Source: Perkinsela sp. CCAP 1560/9 (lineage: Eukaryota; Protista; Euglenozoa: Kinetoplastea). From it: a DNA stretch of 64,000 nt. The stretch is taken from positions 2,542,001 through 2,606,000 of the forward strand of contig CBFFSA010000001.1 in assembly GCA_965644495.1 (NCBI GenBank), read 5' to 3'. This document shows, one piece after another, positions 19,971-31,703 of this stretch. Within the stretch, counting starts at the first letter, position 1. The number at the start of each line of letters is the position of its first letter. Below the pieces are notes generated by a model. That model saw only the letters and a program-made list of their open reading frames with translations, searched no databases and was not told the DNA's origin. The position numbers and the translations under genes were made by a program.

Positions 19971-22163
19971 ATGCTCCACGCCGAAAATTCAGCAAACGCT
20001 GCTCCCTTGTCTCCTCCAGTTACTGCGCATCAAGTGGTTCGTAAATCAGGCCATGGCACTCCGCTTTCGCAAGACTTTTCAATAGTTCACGTAGGTTCTC
20101 AGCGAGAGCACACACTACGCCGTACGCACTCCTCCCAAGACATCAGCGGATCACCACAAGACCGAGGCGAGTCCTGTTCTCCACCTCACACGCCACATTT
20201 TACCTACGCGGAGACCTCAGCCTCCTTCCCCTTTTCGCGGTCACAATCCTCACGATTCACAGGTCGTCCAAAGGGGTTCTCCACTCAAGATAGTATGTCC
20301 CGCCCCCTGCTCTCTCAATTCCGTTCCTCGAGAGGGAGAACCTCCGGGGCGCTTGATATGGGAGATTTTGAAGCCTCATTGGACTCCTACGCCCTTCCTG
20401 CGCCCGTCACACCTGTAGGGCCGCGTCCGACCTTTGGGGCCCCGACCTCGATTGCATGGCAAACACCACATCGCGATACCATCGCACTTCCCCCCACACC
20501 GCGAAAGTCTTTCCCGGCTTCCGCAGTGCCTAGAAAACCGAATAAACCCCCATCCTTTGATCCTTTCAAAAGCAAGCGCACGAGAAGCGAAAATGAGTTA
20601 GCTTTTCACCGAATACAAGGACTCCAAATGGATGAGGGATCTCAGGAGTCGCTCCCGCTCCCCCCTGCGGCGTTAAGCCAAGGAATCCTGCCCTCGCAAA
20701 ATGAGGGATTCTCCCAGGGGTTCTCTCAAACCCAATTCGGTTCAGCGCTCTACCATGGGTATCATGCCGATTTTCATGAAATCGAAATGGTTGGTTCCGG
20801 TTCCTTTGGTAAGGTGTATATCGTGGAGCGCAAATTCGATGCCCAGCGCTTTGCTGTGAAACAAGTCTGTGAGGCTCTCTGTGGTTCAAGTGACCGAACA
20901 CGCAAACTTATGGAGGTACGCGCCATGGGAATCGCCTGTCGTGGGCCTCACGTGGTCCGACTCCACCACACCTGGGCGGAGGGCGACCCCTCGCAGCAGA
21001 CGATGTACATCCTCATGGAGCTGTGCCCCGGGGGAAGTTTGGGAAGACGAGCTCGCACACGGACCCCTCCCGATGAAATCGAGGCACTGGATATTCTGGG
21101 TCAGCTTACCCTTGCACTCCACACATGCCACTCGCAGCAGATTGCCCATGGTGACTTGAAGCTTGAAAACGTGTTGTACGATGAAGCTGGGCGACTTAAA
21201 TTGGGTGACTTCGGTCATGCCGTATTTTTAGACGCCACCACGGGTCATCCGATATCGTATAGGCAGTACGAACTCTCTCACAATCATCAGCACATATGGT
21301 CTTCGCGCGAAAATACAGAGGCATTCTTTTCTCAGGAAGACGGCGACGCACGATACATTGCCCTCGATATGCTCAATGAGCGCATGTTCTACATGAGTGG
21401 TGATATTTTTGCGCTTGGCATGTGTATGTATGAATTAATGAGTGGCACACTTCTACCCAAGAATGGAGAAGAGCATACTGCACTGCGTACCACCGACTTA
21501 GTAAAACGAACGCTAGCTGCAACAAAAAAATATTCTGTCGATCTCGTCGTCCTCATTTTTAGTTTGATTCATCCAGATCCAACAAAAAGACCAACAGCCC
21601 AGGAGCTCATGTGTCGGGAAATTTTTCCGAAACGCAGATCTGACCTGCTGGCCCAGGGGAGCGACCGCCGGCAAATGACCGGAGACACATCTCTCTCACA
21701 ACTCTCCTTCCTTCAAACTGTTAGTGAGATTGAGTTCCTTTTATTAGAGACAAAGAGGCGAGAGCTCCGGGAACGACTACTTCCTGTCCTAAGTAAGGCT
21801 CCATCCGTAGTGGAAGCGTCTTCTCAAAGCAAAGAACGCTCCCCACAAGTTTCCGGTTCTAGAGATACGCTTCCTTCAACAGTTTCCGCAACATATTCAA
21901 CCAACAAGCCGACAAGTTCGAGTATCCGGTGTCCACGTCCCACAGTTGCTTCTATTCTACACAGATGCGACGAAGTGCTGCGGAATTCTGAGAAAGTTAT
22001 GAAGGACTATCCGCAAGTAGTGGCGCGAGACGAATCGGAGAAGGTGCTGCCGACGCCTGGCGCCACCCGTGAGGTGAGTTCAGTATTTTTATCTGAAACA
22101 CTAACTGACAGCGAAAGCAGCAATTCAAATACATTTCCCGTTTGTTGTCCTATCCAGGCATAG
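19971..22163 (+). CDS. WEE1: Wee1/Myt1-family protein kinase
   Basis: S/T-P-rich N-terminus, GSGSFGKV, HGDLKLEN, KLGDFG, EDGDARY, LPKNGEE. Confidence 0.82.
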   Translation: MLHAENSANAAPLSPPVTAHQVVRKSGHGTPLSQDFSIVHVGSQREHTLRRTHSSQDISGSPQDRGESCSPPHTPHFTYAETSASFPFSRSQSSRFTGRPKGFSTQDSMSRPLLSQFRSSRGRTSGALDMGDFEASLDSYALPAPVTPVGPRPTFGAPTSIAWQTPHRDTIALPPTPRKSFPASAVPRKPNKPPSFDPFKSKRTRSENELAFHRIQGLQMDEGSQESLPLPPAALSQGILPSQNEGFSQGFSQTQFGSALYHGYHADFHEIEMVGSGSFGKVYIVERKFDAQRFAVKQVCEALCGSSDRTRKLMEVRAMGIACRGPHVVRLHHTWAEGDPSQQTMYILMELCPGGSLGRRARTRTPPDEIEALDILGQLTLALHTCHSQQIAHGDLKLENVLYDEAGRLKLGDFGHAVFLDATTGHPISYRQYELSHNHQHIWSSRENTEAFFSQEDGDARYIALDMLNERMFYMSGDIFALGMCMYELMSGTLLPKNGEEHTALRTTDLVKRTLAATKKYSVDLVVLIFSLIHPDPTKRPTAQELMCREIFPKRRSDLLAQGSDRRQMTGDTSLSQLSFLQTVSEIEFLLLETKRRELRERLLPVLSKAPSVVEASSQSKERSPQVSGSRDTLPSTVSATYSTNKPTSSSIRCPRPTVASILHRCDEVLRNSEKVMKDYPQVVARDESEKVLPTPGATREVSSVFLSETLTDSESSNSNTFPVCCPIQA

Positions 22164-22567
22164 CGCCGTTCTTTTGATAGTCTCGTGTACATGTTCACTG
22201 CTAATATCTACTTTAGTTTCATAAGCGTTTATAAACGTTTCTTGCGGCAGACGCGAGAAGCATAGATTATTTTTGGACTTTACTTTTTCGCTATTAATAT
22301 CCAGTAGATGTTTAGTTTACTCGTTTTCACATTGTACTTCTTCATATCCAACGTATCTCTCAAAAATTACTTGCTTTGAATTCCAATGAGTTTTACATCA
22401 AGCCCATTTTCCCGGTCACCATGATTTTTTTTTCAATTTAATGCCAGCCATTAAGAAGTACGTAGAGTTCCATAGCGATGTACATTGTGCGGTGTATCGA
22501 TTTACATTCTATTTACAAATTCTATTTTCGCGTATCAGGTTTCGGGTACTGTCCTAATATTTCTTTT

Positions 22568-24190
22568 ATGGTGCTTCCGGATACGCCTCAGCCCAAACTC
22601 CCTTCTAATTCTCGTATTGCTGTGATAGGTAGTGGGCTTGCGGGGCTCACAGTAATGCATTTTCTCAATCAGGGTTCTCACGAGGCTCATCTGTTTGAAA
22701 GTTCGGAGGCTATTGGGCTTGATCAACATTGTATTCCCTATCCGACAAAGGATACGAGCTCTATAAAGCCTTCCACCGATAAAACAAATATTGATACCCC
22801 ACTTCGTGCAGTGTCCTCTCACTACTACAATAATCTTCTCTCCATGTACAAACATTTGGGCATTGAGTTACGAGACGTAGATTATTCGTTTTCTCTTTAC
22901 GAGGAAGATGACGAAACCGCGCTTTGGGAATACTCAAATTTCTTTTCAACTCCATTGGGGTTGAAATCTCTTTCTACAGCTGCAGGATGGCAAATTACCT
23001 GGGATCTTACACGTTACTTGACACTTACCCCTGCTCTGTTGCGTCGTGGTAGATTGAAGCATATTTCCCTTGAAACAGATATGAGATCCAGAGGATTCTC
23101 ACACGTATTCTATGAGAAATTTTTACTGGGCGCTCTTTCTGTTGTTTTGTCATGCTCATTTGATGTTGTAAGAGCTTACCCAGCAGAAAATATTGCACAC
23201 TACATGCTCAGTGGAAGTACTGCGGTCTTCACCTCCTGGAAACGAGCTAAGCATGGGATGCGCTACGTAAGAGAAAGACTGATGGAACGAGTTCCTGATT
23301 CTCAAGTTCATTTAGGACAAGAAATTATGGAAATCTTCGTAAATGAAGACGGCAAACCCAATTCATCCGATAATATTTGCAGGAGACTGGGCATTCGACT
23401 GGGCAGTGGATCCACGAAGTCATTCGATGCTGTAGTTTTGGCAACCGATGGGACTACGGCACATAAACTCCTGTGTCGCTCTTTTCCAACCGTTTATGAC
23501 CCTTTCTTAGCTTTCCGAACGTTTTCTTCCAATGGTTGTATCCATTCTGCGGACAGTACCGTAGAGCACGCAACAAATTTTGACACCAACGTGCGGATTC
23601 GTCTGCCGAAATCTCGAACAGCTCGCTCCACCAGTGAGTGTACCATTCGATGCGATAAAATCCTCCACCCCCCTCCCGGCACATTATCGTGCTATCAAAC
23701 CTGGAACCCACTTCCTTTTGACGAAAGCAGCAACGCGTTAAATTCTCCCCCTTCCCCAGGTGATTTATTTAACACTGTAGAGAGCGAAACCAGCCGTGAA
23801 CAACAGAAGACATTAGAATCCAAATTTTGCGGTTCTGCGCTCCCCTCCCATACGGTTTTAGCCGACATCCGTTTCACGCGTGCGCTGGTGTCGTTGCACT
23901 CCGAGAGTGTGCTGCGGGACGTGTTGCCTCGGGTCCAGGGAAGGCACGGGTTGTGGTTCTGCGGGAGCTACGCGGTTCCCGGGGGCGCCACGCTGCTGGA
24001 GCAAGCCGTCACCAGCGCCCTGGATGTGCTCGAGGGGCTGCATGTGCCAATTCCTTTTGAAAAGGAAGGGAAACCGCCGCCGTGTTCGTGGTTTGTGAGG
24101 GTTCTTTCCGAGTGTTTGTATTTTCGTAAGAGTCTTGCTGCTGTGGCAGTGATGGGCGGTAGTTTGTATTTTCTTGGAAAGGTCGAATAG
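22568..24190 (+). CDS. FAD/NAD-binding oxidoreductase (amine oxidase-like, COG2907-type)
   Basis: IAVIGSGLAGL Rossmann motif, IDTPLR, QGRHGLWFCGSY, LLEQAVTSA; hydrophobic C-terminus. Confidence 0.82.
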   Translation: MVLPDTPQPKLPSNSRIAVIGSGLAGLTVMHFLNQGSHEAHLFESSEAIGLDQHCIPYPTKDTSSIKPSTDKTNIDTPLRAVSSHYYNNLLSMYKHLGIELRDVDYSFSLYEEDDETALWEYSNFFSTPLGLKSLSTAAGWQITWDLTRYLTLTPALLRRGRLKHISLETDMRSRGFSHVFYEKFLLGALSVVLSCSFDVVRAYPAENIAHYMLSGSTAVFTSWKRAKHGMRYVRERLMERVPDSQVHLGQEIMEIFVNEDGKPNSSDNICRRLGIRLGSGSTKSFDAVVLATDGTTAHKLLCRSFPTVYDPFLAFRTFSSNGCIHSADSTVEHATNFDTNVRIRLPKSRTARSTSECTIRCDKILHPPPGTLSCYQTWNPLPFDESSNALNSPPSPGDLFNTVESETSREQQKTLESKFCGSALPSHTVLADIRFTRALVSLHSESVLRDVLPRVQGRHGLWFCGSYAVPGGATLLEQAVTSALDVLEGLHVPIPFEKEGKPPPCSWFVRVLSECLYFRKSLAAVAVMGGSLYFLGKVE

Positions 24191-24213
24191 GGGCTTTGCG
24201 CTTTCGTTTGGGG

Positions 24214-24312
24214 CAAATATGGGGAAAGTTTTCCTGGTCAAGCGTAGCTTTACAATTCTTCCTCCAAATATGGGGAAAGTTTTCCTGGTCAAGCGTAGCT
24301 TTATAATTCTTC
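24214..24312. repeat. 51-bp tandem duplication
   Basis: CAAATATGGGGAAAGTTTTCCTGGTCAAGCGTAGCTTTA(C/T)AATTCTTC occurs twice, starting at 24214 and 24265. Confidence 0.9.
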
Positions 24313-24620
24313 ACGAAATATTATTCTTCCGTTATTTCTCTCTTGAAGTTTCTTACTCGAACGGAAAAAAGATAAAAGGCGGGCCGTTGTGGGGGGATGT
24401 ACGAAAATGTCAAAGCGTTACATTGTATATGACATTATTAAAGTGTTAGTGTGCATGATTTTGAAGGAAGTGAAATGAATTGAAGTGTGAATTTCCAAGC
24501 TCGCACAAGTGATAGAAATTGTAAGGTCAAGGGAACTTTTTTTATAGTTGAATTTAAATTCCTTTTCAGGTTAATGTATTTTTTCTTTCCCTGGCGTAAA
24601 CCCTGTGCTTGTTGAACGAA

Positions 24621-25991
24621 ATGATAGAACGAAATGAACTGGTGGAAGGAACGTCAGAAGAACTCCAAGATGCGCATCAATCGAGTGCGGAAATATTGGA
24701 GTTCAAGCAAAAGCTACGTAAGCATAAGATTACTCTTCATTTCGGATATTGTGGCGATGCTTATCATGGTTCCGCGGCCATGTGTAATAAACTCTTCCCC
24801 ACCGTTGAGGATACGTTATTTCAGTCCCTGTGTAAAGCTCGTCTGTTTTCCCTAGAGAATCAAAACGGAGACTGGCAAAACAAGAACTCATGGAAGCGTG
24901 CGTCACGAACCGACAAAGGGGTACATGCCCTTCAAAATGTCATAAGCTTAAAGGTACAACTACCCACCGAGAGTAATATCGAAAGCATTCCTACTTTTCT
25001 GGCACCTCACCTCCCACCCGACATTCGTGTATTTACATCTATTCCTGTAACAAATTCTTTCAACAGTTACGAGGATTGTACTTCTCGTACCTATTGTTAC
25101 ATTCTACCTACGTACGCTCTGTTGGGTAAGCATCGTAAAAAGGATTTCTCCAAAAGAATAATAGCTCTTTGTAGCACAGGAGATCATGAAGCTATAGATT
25201 CTCCTTCCGAAAATATTGAAACCGAAGTTTGTATTAAGAAAAACATTGTTGATAAGCCGAAGGGTGAAGGACAAACAGAAGTACAGAAAAGTAGCACATC
25301 TTCTTGCTCGAGAAATGCAGAAGCACACATGTATATTAAACGCATATTGCGGCTGCAGCCAAAGCATTTTGACCACATAGAAGAGTTATTCAACAAGCCA
25401 ATAGAAGAGCTAATAGACCAGGAGAGAGAGTCTAGTGAGTTTAGGGCATTGCTTAGCAAGGCTCAACGTCTTCTAGGTGTATTTTTGGGAACTAACTCTT
25501 TTCACAATTTTACTCCGAAAAAAACAAGCGATGATCCAAGTTGTATGCGATATATTTCTGAGAGTACAATTTCTCGAGTCTCACTTGGTGAGGGCAAATC
25601 GCATGAATGTCTCCTCGTTCGAATTTCCGGCCAAAGTTTTATGTTAAATCAGATTCGAAAGATGGTATCTGCTGTGCTTTGCATAATAAACGAAGATCTG
25701 AACGAGGAATACCTGTCAACACTCTTGCGGAAAGACTTTGCGCATGACATTCCGATGCTTCCCGCAAACGGCTTATTCCTAAGATCCTTAAGTTTCGACA
25801 GATACAACTCAAAATTGGAGAGAATAAAACTTGAAGGAAACAATTGCGATAAAATGGTGATTCACTTTGATGGAGAAACCGACGAAAGCAAACTTTTTGA
25901 GGATGAGATCGTTAAACGAATTCTTCAAAAAGAAACAAGTGAACGGGTTTTGGCACGTTGGCTATCATACACTTCACTACGATATAACTAG
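24621..25991 (+). CDS. PUS1: tRNA pseudouridine synthase, TruA/Pus1 family
   Basis: FGYCGDAYHG, ASRTDKGVHA (catalytic D), GTNSFHNFT, GQSFMLNQIRKMV. Confidence 0.9.
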   Translation: MIERNELVEGTSEELQDAHQSSAEILEFKQKLRKHKITLHFGYCGDAYHGSAAMCNKLFPTVEDTLFQSLCKARLFSLENQNGDWQNKNSWKRASRTDKGVHALQNVISLKVQLPTESNIESIPTFLAPHLPPDIRVFTSIPVTNSFNSYEDCTSRTYCYILPTYALLGKHRKKDFSKRIIALCSTGDHEAIDSPSENIETEVCIKKNIVDKPKGEGQTEVQKSSTSSCSRNAEAHMYIKRILRLQPKHFDHIEELFNKPIEELIDQERESSEFRALLSKAQRLLGVFLGTNSFHNFTPKKTSDDPSCMRYISESTISRVSLGEGKSHECLLVRISGQSFMLNQIRKMVSAVLCIINEDLNEEYLSTLLRKDFAHDIPMLPANGLFLRSLSFDRYNSKLERIKLEGNNCDKMVIHFDGETDESKLFEDEIVKRILQKETSERVLARWLSYTSLRYN

Positions 25992-26167
25992 AGATTTCCG
26001 CTCATGAAGTAAGATGCAGATATTATTCTACGATAACTCTCCAAGTGGATGCAAGCGGACATTTGTATCCAGGGTAAGCTGGAGCAGTTAGTCTGTACGT
26101 TAACTTGTTCTACCTCGAAAATATCGTCTTCAATAAATATTTTATTTCTGTTTTAAAAACAGTATTA

Positions 26168-27622
26168 ATGATTCCTCTACGTAATGTAAGGAACTTGCCC
26201 CTTGCATCACCTGCAGCAATTCTTGATCTAGAAGTTCAACGTATAGAGGAAACCATACGACGTAAAGTTTCCTCCGTTTTTCGGGAATCAGTATCCGAAA
26301 TATTCAATGCGCTCAACCGTTACGAAGTTTCCCGAAAAACATCACAGCTCATTATAGATGCTGATTGCGACCTTGATGAAATCTGGGCGCAGCTTAAAGA
26401 GTCAGAAAATGTTTGTACTCAAAATAGCAAAACAGAGCGACATATTGACCCTGACGAAAACCTTAAAGAGCAACATGAACAAAGCGCGTATCCGGAAGTG
26501 AAAAATATTGAATTAAGCAAGGATAAAAACAAACAAATCAACAAGGAATCAATAGAAATGGAAAAATTGCTGCAAAAATTCTCCAAAACTAAAAATAAAG
26601 GTAGCGATAAAGACGAACAAAGAGACTCCGTTATCTTACGCGACAACCAAAAGTCAAAATATGCGAGCGAAAATGATTTTCACTCAGATGACTCAGAGGA
26701 ATCCAGCGGGACATCTAAGAGCTTAAGTGGAGGATCCGCACACGACTCCGATGACCTGGAAGAAGCTCGACACGCATTCTACGGAACAGATGACGATGCG
26801 GATGGCGAAGTGGGAGATATGGATGTCTTGGGTGATATTGCTGATGTGGCCAAGGACGTGGATAAGGTTTTAACGAAATACCAAGAAATACAACGTTCAT
26901 TAGAAAACGACGTAAAAGAAGGTGAAAAAACGTTACTGGAAAAGAGACCTTGGCGTTTACAAGGAGAGGTAACTGTTGCACAACGACCGAAAGATGCGCT
27001 TCTTCACGAACATCTGGAAATCGAGTATGCATTGAAGGAGGCTCCTCGGATTACGACAGAAATGGTGTTTAACTTAGAAGAGCGCATAAAAAATAGAGTT
27101 AAGAATCAAAATTTTGACGATGTGCAACGTCGTGAGATATTTAGTAAAGCCTCTGATCTACAGCCTACTAATTCAAGAGAGGAAGCCATTGGGGAGCGAA
27201 GTAAATTTAGTCTTGTTGATCTTTATGAAAAAGAGTATATGGAAAAGCTACAGGCAACTATGCAACAAAATTCTACCGAAACGGCGCATGAACTTTCTCA
27301 GCAAGAAAAAGATGAACTCAAAGCGATCGAACTATGGAAAGATGTTTCTGGACATCTGGATGCTCTCTCAAATTTCTATTTCACTCCGAAACCTGTCTTG
27401 GATGAGGCTCACGATGCACGAATTCGGGCGGTGAAGGGAACAGGGGCAGTAAACATCGAAGGGCGATCTACTCTTCCGAGTGAAGCTCTCCCTCAGGATC
27501 TCTACCAGCCGAAACCATCTCGTCACCTCGGAATATCTCTGAATGAAATGAGTTCATCGGAGAAAAAGCAACTGAGGAAGTCAAACAAGAGTGGGGCTAA
27601 AAGCAGGAATCTAGTAAAATAG
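26168..27622 (+). CDS. MPP10: U3 snoRNP protein Mpp10
   Basis: KRPWRLQGEV..QRPKDALL, FDDVQR, LVDLYEKEY, LDALSNFYFTPKP. Confidence 0.9.
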   Translation: MIPLRNVRNLPLASPAAILDLEVQRIEETIRRKVSSVFRESVSEIFNALNRYEVSRKTSQLIIDADCDLDEIWAQLKESENVCTQNSKTERHIDPDENLKEQHEQSAYPEVKNIELSKDKNKQINKESIEMEKLLQKFSKTKNKGSDKDEQRDSVILRDNQKSKYASENDFHSDDSEESSGTSKSLSGGSAHDSDDLEEARHAFYGTDDDADGEVGDMDVLGDIADVAKDVDKVLTKYQEIQRSLENDVKEGEKTLLEKRPWRLQGEVTVAQRPKDALLHEHLEIEYALKEAPRITTEMVFNLEERIKNRVKNQNFDDVQRREIFSKASDLQPTNSREEAIGERSKFSLVDLYEKEYMEKLQATMQQNSTETAHELSQQEKDELKAIELWKDVSGHLDALSNFYFTPKPVLDEAHDARIRAVKGTGAVNIEGRSTLPSEALPQDLYQPKPSRHLGISLNEMSSSEKKQLRKSNKSGAKSRNLVK

Positions 27623-27985
27623 GGAACTCCGAGTTGAGCCCGTTCAAAATCATGTTTGCAAAGTTCTCTACGCTTTTGTAAAGTGAGATTAGCTTTGTAG
27701 CGTCATTTGAAACGACCTAATTATTTCACTACGAGCAAAAAGTGCTGTTGCTCCGTGCGGCAATGATATTTCATATTATTTCACAAAGTTTTGATTTTTC
27801 ACTTCGTATATCGTGCTCTCCTTTTTATTTTTCAGCAATTTTACTTAAAAACTACATGGTGGATCAATTATCTCTCTATTCCGTGGGACGGGAAATCTAC
27901 AAAAATTCATTGTCTGTAATTATTAACTTTTACGGTTACTTTGCGCTTTTCTCATTATTAAGGATCTCAGTGTCGTGAAGTCACT

Positions 27986-29677
27986 ATGACGGAAAATTAT
28001 TGTGAAGCATGTAAAGGAGATGACTACGACGAAAATGCCCCGTGGACACCCCGGCGCAAGATTAGTCTTGATTGTGAATGGGGTGAAGAGTACGATGTTT
28101 CTGTTTTTTCTGATGAAGCACGCGACCCGCGACTTGGCAAGTCTCATAGATCGATGAAGATGGGTAAAAATGGATCCTCTTTTCCTGGGATCTCCGAAGC
28201 TCAAGAAAGAGCGCAACTAAAAGGAACGGAGAAGCCGATATCTTCCTCATCTGAAAGGCTTTTGACGGACAATGCACTGTGTATTACCGAGGAAAACTTT
28301 TTAATCATCGTAATGGTTGGACTTCCTGCTCAGGGAAAATCTTTTACCTGCCGCCGCATTGCCCGGTGGCTGTGTTGGAAGGGTATACCAGCAAAGATTT
28401 TTAGCACGTCACAGATCAGACGCGACTTGTTTGGTGAACTCTACGATGAGTTCAGAATCGGGGACGCAAAGCAGAAGCGAGACCGAGATCGCGTAGCCCT
28501 CATAGCAGCAGAATGCGCCTTAAAATGGATAGAAGGTATGCCATCGGGGGTTGCAATCATTGATTCAGCGAACGTGACGAGCGAAAGACGTGAAGCTATA
28601 ATGAATGTGTTTCATGACTACCCGAAGGAGTGCATTGTTTTTATTGAATGTGTGACTGAAAGCTTATTTGAGCAACGTCAGAATCTTCTACGCAACGTTG
28701 ACTTGGAAACTTATTCTACTAATGAGCTGGATGATATTGCTAATGAACTGGAGCGGCGAACAAAGGAGTACAAAAAGATATATCAACCCTTGGATCCAAG
28801 ATCTGATTCGGAGCTCAGCTTTATGAGGCTTATTGAACCGCCCAGGCACATCCAGCTTCAGCATATTTCAAGAAATCTTCCAATCAAACTCGTATCTTTT
28901 CTGACCAGTCTTTTCCCTAGGGAAGGAAACTTATATCTTTCAAGCTGCGGACAATCGAAAAATATACTAGAGAATCGACTTGGAGGAGATAGTCAGTTAA
29001 CTCCTCTGGGTCTATGTTTCTCTTTATCTCTTCGTTGGCTTTTCGATCGCATTGCAGTGCCTTCCTTAAATATTTTAACCTCCTCTCGAACTGCTGCTGT
29101 AGAAACTGCTATATGGATGCAAGCTCCCGATAAGAAAGTTCCTCTCGCTGTTCCAAATTTTCACGAAATCTTGCCTGATTCGCACTTAAAAAGTTTGTCT
29201 CAAAATATTGAAGTGCGCAATGACAACAAGGCTCGTGTTGATTCTTATTGCGTACGGCATATGTCTGCTCTGGATGACATCAATCACGGTGACTGGGAAA
29301 ACCTTACACTGCACGAAGTGGATACAACAATACCTTCGCCACTACTTGCCAGAAAAAATCCTTTGGAAAAATATGACATCGCATGGATAGGAGGTGAGTC
29401 ATATCACGATTTAGTTGCTCGTTTGGAAAAGGCCATTCTACACATACATCGAAGTGAATCGCCCGTGCTGGTGATTGCGCATCCCGCAGTAATTCAAGTT
29501 CTGTATGCCTTTCGAGCAGGACTTCCCCCTGAACGTTCTCCTGAGATTGAAATAGACACGCACGTAGTTTATCAGTTCGGATATCACCCGCGTCATGGAA
29601 TGCGTGTGAGAACGTTGGATATGAGACCTGTTGTATCTAGTATGTTGAATATACAAGTAGATTGGAGCATGAAATGA
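27986..29677 (+). CDS. 6-phosphofructo-2-kinase/fructose-2,6-bisphosphatase-like protein
   Basis: MVGLPAQGKS Walker A, IIDSANVTSERR, RLGGDSQLT, GESYHDLVARLE; the phosphatase RHG motif reads SCG. Confidence 0.88.
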   Translation: MTENYCEACKGDDYDENAPWTPRRKISLDCEWGEEYDVSVFSDEARDPRLGKSHRSMKMGKNGSSFPGISEAQERAQLKGTEKPISSSSERLLTDNALCITEENFLIIVMVGLPAQGKSFTCRRIARWLCWKGIPAKIFSTSQIRRDLFGELYDEFRIGDAKQKRDRDRVALIAAECALKWIEGMPSGVAIIDSANVTSERREAIMNVFHDYPKECIVFIECVTESLFEQRQNLLRNVDLETYSTNELDDIANELERRTKEYKKIYQPLDPRSDSELSFMRLIEPPRHIQLQHISRNLPIKLVSFLTSLFPREGNLYLSSCGQSKNILENRLGGDSQLTPLGLCFSLSLRWLFDRIAVPSLNILTSSRTAAVETAIWMQAPDKKVPLAVPNFHEILPDSHLKSLSQNIEVRNDNKARVDSYCVRHMSALDDINHGDWENLTLHEVDTTIPSPLLARKNPLEKYDIAWIGGESYHDLVARLEKAILHIHRSESPVLVIAHPAVIQVLYAFRAGLPPERSPEIEIDTHVVYQFGYHPRHGMRVRTLDMRPVVSSMLNIQVDWSMK

Positions 29678-30173
29678 TGAAACCCATGGTATGCAACAAG
29701 TTGTTTGAAATACCAACAGCTTGGTACTGTGCACCCTGTTTATAGTGTCGTAGAGCCTTTTTCTGTAGAAATATACAGAAATATACATTTTCTGTAGGCG
29801 TATTCATGCAACTACGGAGAGAAGACAAAATGTGTATAATCTTGCTTATTTTGGATAGCACTGAAGTAACACAGTAGTAAAGGAAGAATAACTCATCCAG
29901 TATCCATTTTTTATTCACGAATCGTATTACATGGACTTGGCTAGTCCATCCTCGGGTTCTACATCCGTACCTCGAGATCTACAGAGATATCCTTCCCCAA
30001 GTTGGCTTCTCCAAGATCTAATCCGGAAAGATTTAGTTCGTTACACATTGTACAGATGAAAAGTATTCAATTTTCCTTTCGAATTTCAAGAAAAATTACT
30101 TTCCGATTCGCCGAGTGAGCCTTTCGAAATTTGAAACCAAGTTATTTTTCCCATTGCACATGTTTATACCACG

Positions 30174-31301
30174 ATGAGTTTGGGAGACGTTCTTGATAAC
30201 TTAGAAAAGAGATTTTGCGACGTGCTTGAAAAAGATTCTTCAGACGAACGCTTATGTGAAGAAATAATTGGTCTAATCAGCTGTGTGCAAAGACTTGATT
30301 CTGTAGCAAGATCAAAAGGAATATTGTCTGAAAATGAGGACATTGGAGACATCTCGACATCTTACTTGCCCCTACTTTCTTTTCCTTATTATCTTGCGGA
30401 GCTATTGCAGCTTTTGCGGTTCCCTCTCCCTGAAGGGGACGCAATTTCGAGACTAGAAAAAGTTGGATTCGAGTTACAAGTTGCTGGGCGAGAAGCCGCA
30501 CTTTCGTATGCTATATCTTTTTACAAATCTTTCTTTCAGACATTATCAAGTCTTAGCATTCTCCCGCAAGGCATAAATTCTTTTATTCCAAGCATGCTTA
30601 TTGCAGATTCCACGGATGACATATCACAAACTATGTCCTATCACACTCATGATCGAACAAAAGCCATTCATATTCGTCAGAAAATCACGGCACTAAGGAG
30701 TGAAGTGAAGTTGCTAGAGTGTCGTCTAAGTAAAATCAGTACTGATATTCTTAGAGATGAGAAGAGAAGCGACGATTCTTTCAAGGACGATTCAGAAGAA
30801 ACTAGACGGGAGCTGGGTATTGCAAAACTTCTCCTTCGGGCCTATATGACTCTTAGTACAATTTCTTATGTCTCGTACGAACTTCACATACTACATTCCT
30901 TAAGTGACGAGCAACGGATAAAATCCGTCTCGGAACATCAAAGGCAAACAGCTGATGCGCGTTGTCCAAGAAGTGCGCTGGATCAGACTTCCTGCGACGA
31001 ACATTCATCTCCCGTGATACGTACATCTGCGATCTTAGATCGCCTCTCCATTAAAAAATCTGTCTTTCAAAACAGGAATCCTCCGACTAGGTCACTGGAA
31101 GATCTTGCCGAAACCGAGATTAGTTTAGCCTTAGAAAGAATGGTCAAAGAAAAGAGATCAGCTGAGAAAACTAAAAAATATATGAGGGATCTCTCCCCAG
31201 AGCAGCTTGAGGATATTGAGCTCATTCAGAAACGACAGTGGGAGAACTGGAAAGACGAAAATCCCCCCATCGGAAAATCGGTAAAAGGTAACTACAGCTG
31301 A
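30174..31301 (+). CDS. TAP42: TAP42/alpha4 (IGBP1) PP2A regulator
   Basis: LSENEDIGDISTSYL...PYYLAEL, VFQNRNPPTRSLEDLA, RQWENWKDENP..K. Confidence 0.88.
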   Translation: MSLGDVLDNLEKRFCDVLEKDSSDERLCEEIIGLISCVQRLDSVARSKGILSENEDIGDISTSYLPLLSFPYYLAELLQLLRFPLPEGDAISRLEKVGFELQVAGREAALSYAISFYKSFFQTLSSLSILPQGINSFIPSMLIADSTDDISQTMSYHTHDRTKAIHIRQKITALRSEVKLLECRLSKISTDILRDEKRSDDSFKDDSEETRRELGIAKLLLRAYMTLSTISYVSYELHILHSLSDEQRIKSVSEHQRQTADARCPRSALDQTSCDEHSSPVIRTSAILDRLSIKKSVFQNRNPPTRSLEDLAETEISLALERMVKEKRSAEKTKKYMRDLSPEQLEDIELIQKRQWENWKDENPPIGKSVKGNYS

Positions 31302-31703
31302 TTTTTTCCTCTGATACACATTTTTTCACATTTTTTCACTGGTGATGGAACGCCTTTTCTTATGTGATGCCGTGGGTCATTCGTTCCTAGTCTTACTTTT
31401 CTCATGTGCTATGACTCATTGCAAATGGCCGGTTGGGCTGCTCACCTGAAGGTTGGACGCCTTCATCGGATAGATTTTCCGATGAGTATTCGGGTGCGCC
31501 GCTTGAGTCGTAGGAACTGCTTTCATCGCGTTTTTGTAGTTTGCTTCAGTGACCTTTTTCAAAATTTTGAGACATTAAAAGCCATGTAAATAATAAAAGT
31601 GTGTAAATAATAAGCGTCCATGTAAATATTAAGTATCCAGTAAATAATACAAGTATGTAAATATTTAGTGGGAGGGGGGTTTATATGTGTAACACTTTAG
31701 TAT

